Source: Octopus vulgaris (lineage: Eukaryota). From it: a stretch of DNA of 64,000 nucleotides. The notes beneath the pieces were generated by a model. That model searched no databases and was not told the DNA's origin. It was given only the letters and a program-made list of their open reading frames with translations. Both the position numbers and the translations under genes were made by a program. Within the stretch, counting starts at the first letter, position 1. Each line of letters starts with the position of its first letter. Shown here piece after piece: positions 53,365-64,000 of the stretch. The DNA lies in the NCBI GenBank assembly GCA_951406725.2, contig OX597817.1:80352001-80416000 (forward strand), read 5' to 3'.

Positions 53365-53865
53365 ACAGATATTTCATATGATTCTCAAACACATTAAAAT
53401 TATAATGAAATATTTCACAACGATTATCTCTCAATATCTAAAGCTTCAGTACATTTTAGAAGTGTATAAAAGTAATAATAGTACACAATAAAAACTAAAA
53501 AAAAAATACTAAATAGCGAGAAGCTAAACAAACATGATACCAACAAACAATTAAGGTAATAAATTTGACAGACACTAAAACAAAGGTAATATTTTAAGCC
53601 TTATTTGTCTTCGAGAATATTTGAGATTTAAAAGAAATAATAGAGTAAATATTTATAATAGGATATGTTAGTCGTAATGTGATGTGACAGTTTTGTAAAT
53701 TTTGTAAAGAAGGGCTTTAAAAATGAATAAAATTGAATTTAATAAATTGACTACTAACGAAAGAGAATCTGAATGGCTGTATATATTTATATATAAATAT
53801 ACACATATGTTCATCCAGGCACGCGTTTATATGCACACACGCAAATATATACATACATACATACA

Positions 53866-53947
<82 letters not shown>

Positions 53948-54321
53948 ATCAATACATTTATATATGCATACACTCATATATACACAAAAACAAAAGTGAG
54001 GGATTGAGACAATGACAGATTGGTTGGTGGACTGACGGATATTTCTTTTCCCTCCAAAGGACATTATAGTTACATGACACGCACGCACATAATGCGTATG
54101 ACTGTGTGTGGGGGTTGTTTGTAGATATGTGGGTATGGTGTGTATACATTCCTGCCTGTATATACATATGTTTAGGTACATATCTTATACGCATCATTTA
54201 TAAATTTCTTGCCGTTGATTCAATTCACCGCCTACAGTAGAACAATCGTGAACATCAAATTCAACTTTGTTTTATTACCTACAAATGATTAATGTATATA
54301 TATATATATATATATTATTTT

Positions 54322-54635
54322 ATTTATGCACCCTTTTCAAGCCTAGCCAGGCTCATGCGCCCGGTTTCCCGGTTTCTATGGCGTATGTGTTCCATCCAGC
54401 TGGACGGGACGCCAGTCCATCGCAGCGTTACTCAAGAAACAGGAAGAAAGAGTGAGAAAAAGTTGGGGCGAAAGAGTATAACAGGGGTCGCCAGCGCGCC
54501 CCCCACCTGCCGGAGCCTCGTGGAGATTTAGGTATTTTTGCTCAATAATCACACACAACGCCCAGTCTGGTTATCGAAACCGCGATCCTCCGACCGCGAG
54601 TCCGCTGCCCTAACCTCTGGGCCGTTGCGCCTCCA
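54322..54635 (-). mobile_element. SINE family C with V-domain-like 3' region
   Basis: Head as in other C copies; reverse complement ctgcgatggactggcgtcccgtccagc resembles the V-SINE domain motif. Confidence 0.85.
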
Positions 54636-54716
54636 CACACACAGACACACACATGCACACACGCACACACACACATACATATACATACATACATACATAC
54701 ATACATACATACATAC

Positions 54717-54805
<89 letters not shown>

Positions 54806-55323
54806 CTTACATCAGAAAATGAGATGATAGAAGAAAAATACGGTTATACTATGAACTTCCTTAGCTTAAAGCTGTTTCTGCTATTAGATGCTGTTGACTC
54901 ATAGTCAAGTGCCTGAATAAACTCTATAGCTTCATCAAAGCTTCGAATATGAAGCGCAATTTATTTTGGAAAAAGAAGTACATTTGTGCGATTAATAGAG
55001 ACGACATAACCAGTGATGAAGTCATTATTAATGCATATAAAAAATCTATATCCCAAAAACTTATTAGATTTAATAGTAGAAATATATGTTTATATACAAG
55101 TACGCACGCAGATAGCTAGACACACACACGTTACAGATACACCCCCCCACACACACACATACACATGCACAAACACACACACTCACACATATATATATAC
55201 ACCTAAGATATGTATATATATATATATTTGATAAATATTTATATATATCAGAAAAGAAACACACTCTAGAGTATAGAGCAATAATTGTTACAACAAAATT
55301 TTACATCTTGGACATAGATGTAA

Positions 55324-55380
55324 AATTACCCAAGGTTTCGCATCCACAAAGCTAAAGCCTTGTGAACAGCTCGCCAGACT
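55324..55380 (-). ncRNA. Degenerate hammerhead in the PLE 3' tail
   Basis: agt-CTGGCGA-gctgttcacaaggc.ttta.gctttgtggatgc-GAAA-ccttggg-TA-att (A6 replaced by G). Confidence 0.6.
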
Positions 55381-55569
55381 ACATAAAGACAAAAATTGAA
55401 AATGTCTACGCTGTGGACGTGAGGAAATGCTCAGAAATCGAGAAATACGTCTTAACAAAAGAAAAAAAAACCTAATGATGACTGGTTATCTCCTCTGAAC
55501 CAGAGGAAAAAAGAAAAACCTTTATAGACCCAAAGAGGCCTAACCAGCAAACAGGGAGATCCAGTTTTC

Positions 55570-56565
55570 CTGTATGTAGCGCTTGAAGTGGACACATTTA
55601 CAAAAAACTTTTTTACTACTTAACGCGCCAGGTTTCGTTTAGTATTTAAGAATTTTGGCTCGCTCCACGATGCAGATCTTGTAGTGGCCACTTCCATTAA
55701 TATATGGGACCGAATGATCAATTAATTTCCACCTGACATCACACGGGGTCCTTTGATCTTTGAGGTGCTACACATAGTGGGCCAGGGACGTGACAAACCG
55801 TCTTTCTAGGACTCTGAAGGATGACTGGTGGTTAAGAAAACGTCGCTTGAAAGAAATACTGGCAGATCCAATATATTTACACACATAGAATGTGGCCATA
55901 TTCGCACCCCTGGTAACATATGGTTCAGGGCCGGTCTTCCCATGGGTGTCGAAGATAAATATTTGGTCATCATCTTTGGCGGTGGTACTAGGAACGCTTG
56001 ATACCTCCTCGATGTCGCTGGTCATAGATTGGTCATCATTTCTAGGTGCGGCGATTGTACTGGTGGTAACATACATTGAGGGCCTGGTCACCCTATCTCT
56101 GTCTATGGTTTGTTTATAAACTATGGTGGTGGTGGTGGTACCGGGGTCTTCGGTGACGCTGTCTGTGGCGCTGGTCCCGGGCTGTTTATTATCTCTGGGC
56201 GTGACAATTGTACTGGCGTAGGATCTGGTTAATCTGCTAATTTTGCTGTCAGTTGGTACGTTACTATTAATGCGGATAGCAAGTCTAGGTATCACTGTAG
56301 CCTCATAGATGCCCCATTCAGTCTCGCATCGGCCTCCCACTGAACAGTTATTATATACCCCGCAAGAACAGCCCGCCTCCTCCTTTGTATTGTGGGTACT
56401 TGTTAAAATGATTTTTATGTTAGGTGCACAAATAAAAAAGACCATTTGGTTGTGTCTGTTAAATAAATGCCTGTATGTGTGTGTAAAATGTTTGTCTATC
56501 AATCTAAGGAAAATATTTCCCACACAAGTCTTGACGTTCAACGAGAAGGGTGGAGCAAACCAAAT
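55570..56565 (-). pseudogene. PLE linker plus GIY-YIG endonuclease, with in-frame stops after 55768
   Basis: ORF 55768-56541 (257 aa) continues past the stop as HLKDQRTPCDVRWKLIDHSVPYINGSGHYKICIVERAKILKY. Confidence 0.85.
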
Positions 56566-56700
56566 GACATTTCTTCAGTTCTATAAGAGTTGTTGTTGTT
56601 TTTTTCCTCATTAACCTTTTTTTTTGTCGACATATTCCTCGATTCCTGATCGTTTCCCCACGTCGACACGTGGAAATTTTAACTTTTTGTCTTTATATAG

Positions 56701-56757
56701 ACTCTAACGAGCTGTCCACAAGGCTTTGGCTTTGTCAGTTCGAAACTTTGGGTATAT
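56701..56757 (+). ncRNA. Degenerate hammerhead in the inverted PLE tail copy
   Basis: CTAACGA-gctgtccacaaggctttggctttgtcagttc-GAAA-ctttggg-TA (G5 replaced by A). Confidence 0.55.
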
Positions 56758-56767
56758 AGATTTTTGT

Positions 56768-56838
<71 letters not shown>

Positions 56839-57396
56839 ATATATATTAGAAGGTTTGGAGATGATTTACAGGTATTCTATATTAGAAGAAATGAGGTACT
56901 CAGAAATGTGGATGGTTTTATATTTACAGATATTTATTTGTATATTACATGTTTATATATATATATATATATATATAAACGATTGTTTGAAGTGGTGCAC
57001 ATATAAAGAAAATAGATTTTAATGCAAACTGTTCATTCAGCGCTTTCAACCCTTCCAGGGATTCATCATCTATTGAATTCTTATTTTTAAATCATACCTT
57101 TCATATATGTGTGAGTCAGTTAAAAAAGAATCTGGAACTGAATTTCTTTCTTTGGGTTTTGGAAAGAGGAATGTTTTGTGATTTATGTATTTGTATATGT
57201 GTGTGTATGTATGGGTGTGTAAGCATGTGTCTGTTGTGAATACTTACACAAAGTATATATGAGAGATTTTTGAAGGGAAAACACTTCTCTTTTTCTCTCT
57301 TTCTTTTTGTTCTCTCCCCAACGTCTTTGACCAACCCTCCATAAATCTGTCATATATGCTTTTTTCAAAAAGTGACCATACACACACTTGTCTATA

Positions 57397-57660
57397 TGTG
57401 GCTGTGTGGTAAGAAACTTGTATCCCAGGTATATGGTTCTGATTTCAGCCTCATTGTGTGACACCTTGATCCGACGAAATAGTTGTGAGTGAATTTGGCA
57501 GGTGGAAATATATATTTCTTAGTTTCTTTTAACTAAATCCACTCTCGATGCTTTGGTCGGGACGGGGCTATAGTAGACGACACTTGCGCAAGGTACCACG
57601 CAGTGGAACTGAACAAGAAACCATGTGCATGGAAAGCAAAGTTCTTACCAGTTACCCACA
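57397..57660. mobile_element. Two SINE B 5' halves in inverted, convergent orientation
   Basis: Plus copy gtggctgtgtggtaagaaacttg...gtgagtgaatttgg (57397-57510); minus copy aaatccactc...gctatagtagacgacacttgcgcaagg...ttcttacca (57533-57660). Confidence 0.75.
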
Positions 57661-58863
57661 TCCGTTCAATTTCAAAGGAAAATTACTAAAGGCGGCGAGA
57701 AATTACGTAACAAAATTATGCCGTACGTTGTTGCACCGCCTGAAATGCTTCCTCTCACTGATAACTAAATGTTCTGTTCGTACTTTTATCATGAAAATTC
57801 CATTTCTATAAAATGTCATCATCTAAACACCATGTTTCATTACTTGACCGCCAAGGGAGATCCCAAATACCCTTGTGGGCGTTTTGCATGATGTGAACGC
57901 TCATGTGAATATGTTGCACTGGTTAAGAATCAGTGGTTAGATTCGTTTCTGAATTAATATAAATATTTTATCAAAATAATGCCTCTGTGCGTGCGTGTGT
58001 GTATTTTGGTGCAAATTTTCAATATTAGGTGATTGCTAGTAACTTGCACGTAGTTTAAAATATGGCTCGAGTCATCCACACAAAATGCTACGACAATAAA
58101 CAAAAATACAGAAAGCAAAAAGACAATTAGGACGTATTCTTTATTATCTCATCTCTGGTCCATGCATGTGGTTTTACAGTCTGTGCTGAATAACAGACTG
58201 GAATTAAGATTTTAAATGGTGCAAGCCTCGATGATGTACAATGTATTATAACCTGGCAGAGTTTTCGGGGTACGAAGGAAATATTCAATTATTAACATTA
58301 TTTCTTACTGCTCAGATGTATCCAGGTGTTCTGGTGTCTTATCTGGTATCTCTTAGAGAAATTCGCTCAATTTACGTTTGAAGCTGATGGGATCTTTTCC
58401 GTTGATTTGTTTGTTTTCAGTACAGTTTATAACGATATCTGGGACAACAGAAAATCCACAAGATTGTTATCATTTAGAATGAAATATTGCACAAAATAAC
58501 ACTAAATGAACAATACTCAATTTCGCATTTCACAGGGCCGATTACAGGGCAGTTTACTCGTTCAAATAAAATTTAAAACAAATGAGGAAGACGAAAGATA
58601 CTTCTGTATGTGTGTATGTGTGAGCACATATATACAAATATGCCTAAATACGATACATAAATTATGTATTCATGCATTAATAAACATACATACACACACA
58701 CATATATACATATACATGCAAATACAAAGATGTATCAGCATATGAATGCACTTACACTGGCATGTATACATGTATGTGTGTGAGTGTGTATACATATACA
58801 TAGTGAGAGAAAGAGAGAGAGAGAAAGATTGAGAGTGATAGTTGTATATGTCTATATACATAC

Positions 58864-58867
<4 letters not shown>

Positions 58868-58898
<31 letters not shown>

Positions 58899-58899
58899 C

Positions 58900-58958
<59 letters not shown>

Positions 58959-58972
58959 CAGATAGATAGATA
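58868..58972. repeat. (ATAG)n microsatellite
   Basis: Direct inspection. Confidence 0.95.
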
Positions 58973-59905
58973 TAGTTATATATATATATATGTATATATC
59001 TATACATATACATATATATATATATACATATATACATATATATATATATACATTATATACATATATATACATATATATATAAACATATATATATATAAAC
59101 ATACACGTATATATATATATATATAAACATACACGTATACATGCAAACGCGTATATACAGATTTACATATGTGCACATACGCTTATATATTTAAGTACAT
59201 AATATACAAGCGTATACACTTACACGCATACAAACATATATGCAAACATACATACATACATTCATGCAAGCATACACTCAACCATACATACATACTAAAC
59301 TCGATAAGGACAAATGCACACACTTTGATAAGAGACAGATCAACCTTGTTTACTGACACCAGAACAGAATTTGGTCAAACTTTTGGTATCGATGGTGCTA
59401 GTAATAATATTGATCTTCATGTCGATGCTGATATTGATGTCAATGATGGTAGGTACTGTGAGTGTTGGCAGTGTTGGCATTGCTGGTAGTGTTGCAACGG
59501 CTGCAGATAACGCTGGCACCGTTATTGTTAGCGGTTATGCTTCTGCTCGTTCTGTTTGTGAAGACGGTGAAGGCTGAAGTGGAGACTGAAAGCAAAAGAA
59601 TGTGGGTTTGTGTGAGGACTGTTTAAAAGTGATTAAAGTCTGAAGAGATGGATTACAATTTCATGTGAACAAAATCAACATCGTATGATCAACCAGCATA
59701 AAATATTTTATTGTTATATATGGAGTTTTAGAAGTAATTAACTTGTATGATGTCGCTCTCTTTACCTTTCACGCACACAGGTTTCAAGCAATGATGCATA
59801 GCTAATATTGTACGTACGTATGTTTGAGGATATACGTATGTGTGTGTGGGAAGTGTTGTGTGTGTGACTTTGTGAATGCGTGTGAGTGTGTCTGAATGCG
59901 TGTGT

Positions 59906-59956
<51 letters not shown>

Positions 59957-60130
59957 TGTTTGTGTGTGTGTCCACGTAAGTAATGTGTGCTGCTTTTGAG
60001 GGCTTGTATTCGGCAACTTACAGTAACGTACTTACTAATGCTTGCAATAATGTTGTTGAAGTCTTTCTTCGCTGCATGGATGGAACGTCTGTCTTTGTGC
60101 AATACACACATGCCTTGATATATGTATGTA

Positions 60131-60188
<58 letters not shown>

Positions 60189-60274
60189 CACACATATATA
60201 TATACTTATATTTACATATACACTCACTCACATATAAATGTATATGCATACATATAACACATACAAACATATGC

Positions 60275-60344
<70 letters not shown>

Positions 60345-60420
60345 CAACAACAGTAATAATAACGATAACGACGACGATGACGACAACGATGTCATAATGA
60401 TGATGATGATGATGATTATA
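60275..60420. repeat. Graded trinucleotide array (AAT)n to (AAC)n to (GAC)n to (GAT)n
   Basis: Direct inspection. Confidence 0.92.
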
Positions 60421-60513
60421 AGATAGTCGGACGAATAGCTACACTAGTAAATTTACATCGAGATATTCAGTAATATATACAATAATATATAAATATGGGT
60501 TGTTACTTCATTA

Positions 60514-60744
60514 GGCGGCGAGCTGGCAGAAACGGTAGCACGCCGGGCGAAATGCTTAGCGGTATTTCGCTCGTCGTTACGTTCCGAGTTCAAATTCCGC
60601 CGTGGTCGACTTTGCCTTTCATCCTTTCGGGATCGATAAATTAAGTTCCAGTTACGCACTGGGGTCGATGTAATCGACTTAATCCCTTTGTCTGTCCTTG
60701 TTTATCCCCTCTGTGTTTAGCCCCTTGTGGGCAGTAAAGAAATA
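60514..60744 (+). mobile_element. SINE family A, young full-length reference copy, tail type 1
   Basis: ggcggcgagctggcagaaacggtagcacgccgggcg...gagttcaaattcc...cctttcatcctttcgggatcgataaattaag...gccccttgtgggcagtaaagaaata. Confidence 0.93.
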
Positions 60745-61159
60745 TATACGTTAGTATATATTCCTACCTATACAGACGGGACTGGGCACGAAAAAGTGCA
60801 CATTTTTATATATTTGTGTGTGTGTGTGAAAGTGTATATGCAACAGGGTATTCTATGTTGTATTGTAATCAAAATGTGTATATGGTAATTTGGCCGAAGT
60901 ATGCAGTGTTACGCAGTAAATCCATATACAGGACCAGTCCACAGTTTTGAGACATGTTTATAAAAATTGCATAAACGTCAAGACGATAAAAGTTAAGACA
61001 AAACAGAAGTGACCTGCGAAACAGTTGTCGTTTTGTATTTGTAGAGCGTCATATCAAAACAGATTAAGCAAAGCTATTATTAATGACACTCCAGCCGAGA
61101 TTTCCTCTTCGAAGACTTCATCCAATATGAAACCAACCTGTAATGTGCTACTGAGGCGA

Positions 61160-61290
61160 CGAACTCGCAGATCGTAAGTACGCAGACAAATTTCTTAGCG
61201 GAATTTCGCACGTCTGTACGTTCTCATGTTCAAATTTTGCCGAGGTCGACTTTGTCTTCCATCTTTTCGGGGTCGATAAAATATGTACTA
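61160..61290 (+). mobile_element. SINE family A, degenerate
   Basis: gttcaaattttgccgaggtcgactttgtcttccatcttttcggggtcgataaaat. Confidence 0.75.
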
Positions 61291-61299
61291 CTTGAGGGA

Positions 61300-61512
61300 G
61301 CACTATCTGATTTTCTTCTGACCGAAAGCTGGTCGTGAATATTTAACTGTATATCTCAGATTTATTTAACTGTTGCATCTCAGATTTATTTAATCTATCT
61401 CCGAAAACTTTTTGGGCTATATGTGTAATGCTGTCATATGGGTAGTTGAGGGGACAGGTGAAATGAGAGAGAAGAGTGTCAGCAGTGAGAGCTAGGAGAA
61501 AGAGATTGTTGT
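61300..61512 (+). repeat. Diverged direct repeat, copy 1 (copy 2 at about 62697-62895)
   Basis: Shared blocks tctgaccgaaagctggtcgt and atgctgtcatatgggtagttga(g/t)gg(g)acagg. Confidence 0.8.
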
Positions 61513-62696
61513 ATGTTATATCGTAAACTAAAATATGTACCAGTTGAGCACTCCCAAAATTTAAGACCAACATGTAATGTGCGATTTGAGGATAATTTGG
61601 CTGCTATTTTTAGCAAAAAAATGACCCCGATAAGGCTTCAGTTTATTGGCTTATCTTCTACTTCTTTTTTTAAAGTCATTAGACTGCGATTATGCAGCAG
61701 AACCACATTGAAGGGTTAAGTTGAGCAACTTGACATTTATACTTAATTTTTCTTTCTTTTCTTTTTTCATGTCTGGTATTTACTCAATTGATGACTTGTG
61801 CCAAACTGCTAGGTGATATGGACATAAACAAATCAGCGACGCTTGTCAAGCAATATATATATATTTAGTTAATCCAAACATGAACAAAGAGAAAACACAA
61901 CAACGCGAGGACTTGGAACACGTAAAGTATTATTGAATAAATCTAATTTGCTAATTGCGGAGTTGTCAGGTCAGAGCGTCGAACAAGATGTCTTAATGTG
62001 TTTCGTTACATTTGTATACATTCTGGGTTCAAATCTGTTATCAGCTTCACCTTTCAGGGTCGATAAATTAAAGTGCAGTCGGAAGCTCAACAATATGCCT
62101 GATAGGAAGTACCCGAAAGGAACTTACTACTTATTAAATACACGTGCATTAAGGAGCCACACAGTGAGGAGAAATACCTTGACTAACTGCTATTGCCCAT
62201 GCAATTGTAAATAGCAACTCCATTTTGTTATGTTTAAAAATTTAAGATCAACAAGCAATCGATTTGGAAAATAAGATGATGAAATGTGAATAGAAATGCA
62301 AGGCGTGTTTTAATCTGCTCCGTTTTTACATGTGCTGCTATTACACATTTTATAAAGAAAATGGTAAATGTCTAATATTATTAGACAATATTAGACGACC
62401 ATTTCAGATCATATTAGACAACCATTTCAGATCATTTCAATTCAGTTCTGTCGAAAGAACATTATTTTGTAATTAGGTAGAACACAGCATTTTATGCTAT
62501 CCAGTGCTCATAAATACTGAGAATAATTTCCAGAACACTAGCGATGTCAGCTATTCTATACAGGATTGACTTTGAAGGATATAATAAATTATAAAATTAG
62601 CGGACTTCGAAAGCCCCAATGCTACTTTGAATATATATTTATTGTATGTTAATAGTGTTCAAAAAGTCGGAGTTGATAATATGAGGTTACATGGGC

Positions 62697-62895
62697 AGCA
62701 CAATCTGATTGCTTTCTGACCGAAAGCTGGTCGTAAGTAATTAATTGTTTATAGTTTCATCTATATTAGATGTATTTAATCTATATCCAAAAACTTCGTG
62801 GTGGAATGGATGATGCTGTCATATGGGTAGTTGATGGGACAGGCGAAACGAAAGAGAGAAGTATCAACAAGGAGAGCCAGAAGAAAGGGATTGCT
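62697..62895 (+). repeat. Diverged direct repeat, copy 2
   Basis: See 61300-61512. Confidence 0.8.
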
Positions 62896-64000
62896 TTTTA
62901 TATTATGTCATGAAATAGTCAGTTTATTTAAGTGGTAGAGAGAGAAAGAGAGAGAGACAGAGAGAGAGAGAGAAAGCAAGAAAAAGACACAGAGAGAGAG
63001 ACTGACAGACAGACAGAGAGAAACGTATTTAGCACAACTAAATGTGTTATACTTCAAACGAGAGTATAGGAATGAGTGTGTGTTCACTGAATGAAAGCGG
63101 AATTGGAAAACCCGTGTCTAAAAAATTTTTCAAGTGGGTCTCACTACTTAAAATAATGGATAAAGACGTATGTAAGCATATATTTGTATATTTTCTTATA
63201 AATCTGCAGTTTTCAAACTATGCGTGGATTTTCCACGGATACTGGATGTAGTATAGACTTCCAGAAGGTTCAGTCTATAATATACAAGTTACCGTTTGAA
63301 AATTGTGTTGGTTCGTGTCGTTTCATTGGTGTTTATGTTGTGGTTTAATGTAAGATCAACTCCGTTCCAATAGGCCCATAATTAAAAAATATTTTGCGCC
63401 ATCATAAGCTTGCCTCCTTCTATATCTCAGATTAACTGTGTCTACTTATCTCTAAATATGAATGATATGCTTTGGGGTACTTCGGCTGTTATTTCTAGCG
63501 GTCAGAATGGCTGCATAATGACTGACTTCTCTGTGGATACGTGTTTAACATTTGATAGTGCAGGCAACTTAACTCCAAATGATTTCTGCGTTGTTGCTCT
63601 GGCAGCTGGTTTTGTAGTTGTTATTGTTTTTGCTGTCTTTATTACTGCTACTATTGTTAAACCCTATCCAAATCTTTCAAAATTGAGCAGACATATAATA
63701 TATTCCTACCGTGACCATTCAGTCTTTTTTTCATGACTACATTATTCAAAATGTGCGTCTCATTTTTAAAGGCAGAAGGCAATGGTTTCAGTGAGATTTG
63801 GCTGGTATTTTTAGCCGGTCGAGAAAAGCCTTAGCGACATTCTCGTTGAAGCGTTCTGCAAATAGTTAACAAAACTGCCACTGAAAGGACGCGTGTACAA
63901 CCACCTGATCTCTCTAAGTATTAGAAATAGAGACCAAATCGCCATGGACTCACGGAATACTGTCATAACACAAGGAATATCATTGATATTTTTGTACCAT

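Larger units (their letters stand above)
55324..56757 (-). mobile_element. Penelope-like element (Neptune-type C-terminal half) with inverted terminal tail copies
   Basis: Minus ORF: WFAPPFS.NVKTCVGNIFLRLIDKHF..LFNRHN (RT thumb/linker), CSC..C..GRC (Cys linker), GIY...YIG..FKRRFLNH..SF..TSLAHYV, then C..E...CVH. 55327-55465 and 56615-56754 are inverted homologues. Confidence 0.9.

Noticed and set aside
60925-60960. TACAGG...agttttgagaca, like a Tc1 terminus
   Set aside because: No matching opposite terminus found.

Overview
AT-rich, microsatellite-saturated eukaryotic DNA with no credible host protein-coding exon, so it is intergenic or part of a very large intron. The repeat landscape (several tRNA-derived SINE families, very dense (AT)n/(ATAG)n/(ATT)n/(TATG)n arrays) looks like an octopus/coleoid cephalopod genome; this is an inference. 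Nearly all ORFs in the track are microsatellite translation artefacts. The real coding remnants are all transposon-derived: three R4/Dong-type RLE LINE relics in (TAA)n (1.1-2.9 kb), an internally deleted Helitron with a Pif1-like helicase remnant (11.9-14.1 kb) plus two non-autonomous Helitrons, a mariner element made of two 5' ends (21.3-22.1 kb), a Tx1/L1-clade LINE lacking its RT core (28.6-30.6 kb), a 5'-truncated R4-like LINE in (TATG)n (43.5-45.9 kb), and a Penelope-like element (55.3-56.8 kb). Most notable: (i) two apparently intact type I hammerhead ribozymes, one per strand, in a 196-bp near-perfect inverted repeat, plus many degenerate hammerhead-like tails; (ii) a PLE GIY-YIG nuclease with a 143-aa in-frame, internally repeated spacer between GIY and YIG; (iii) a SINE tail shared with the Tx1-like LINE, with head-to-tail SINE arrays; (iv) a possible (CATA)n-targeting RLE LINE. 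All alignments and folds were done by eye and boundaries are approximate.
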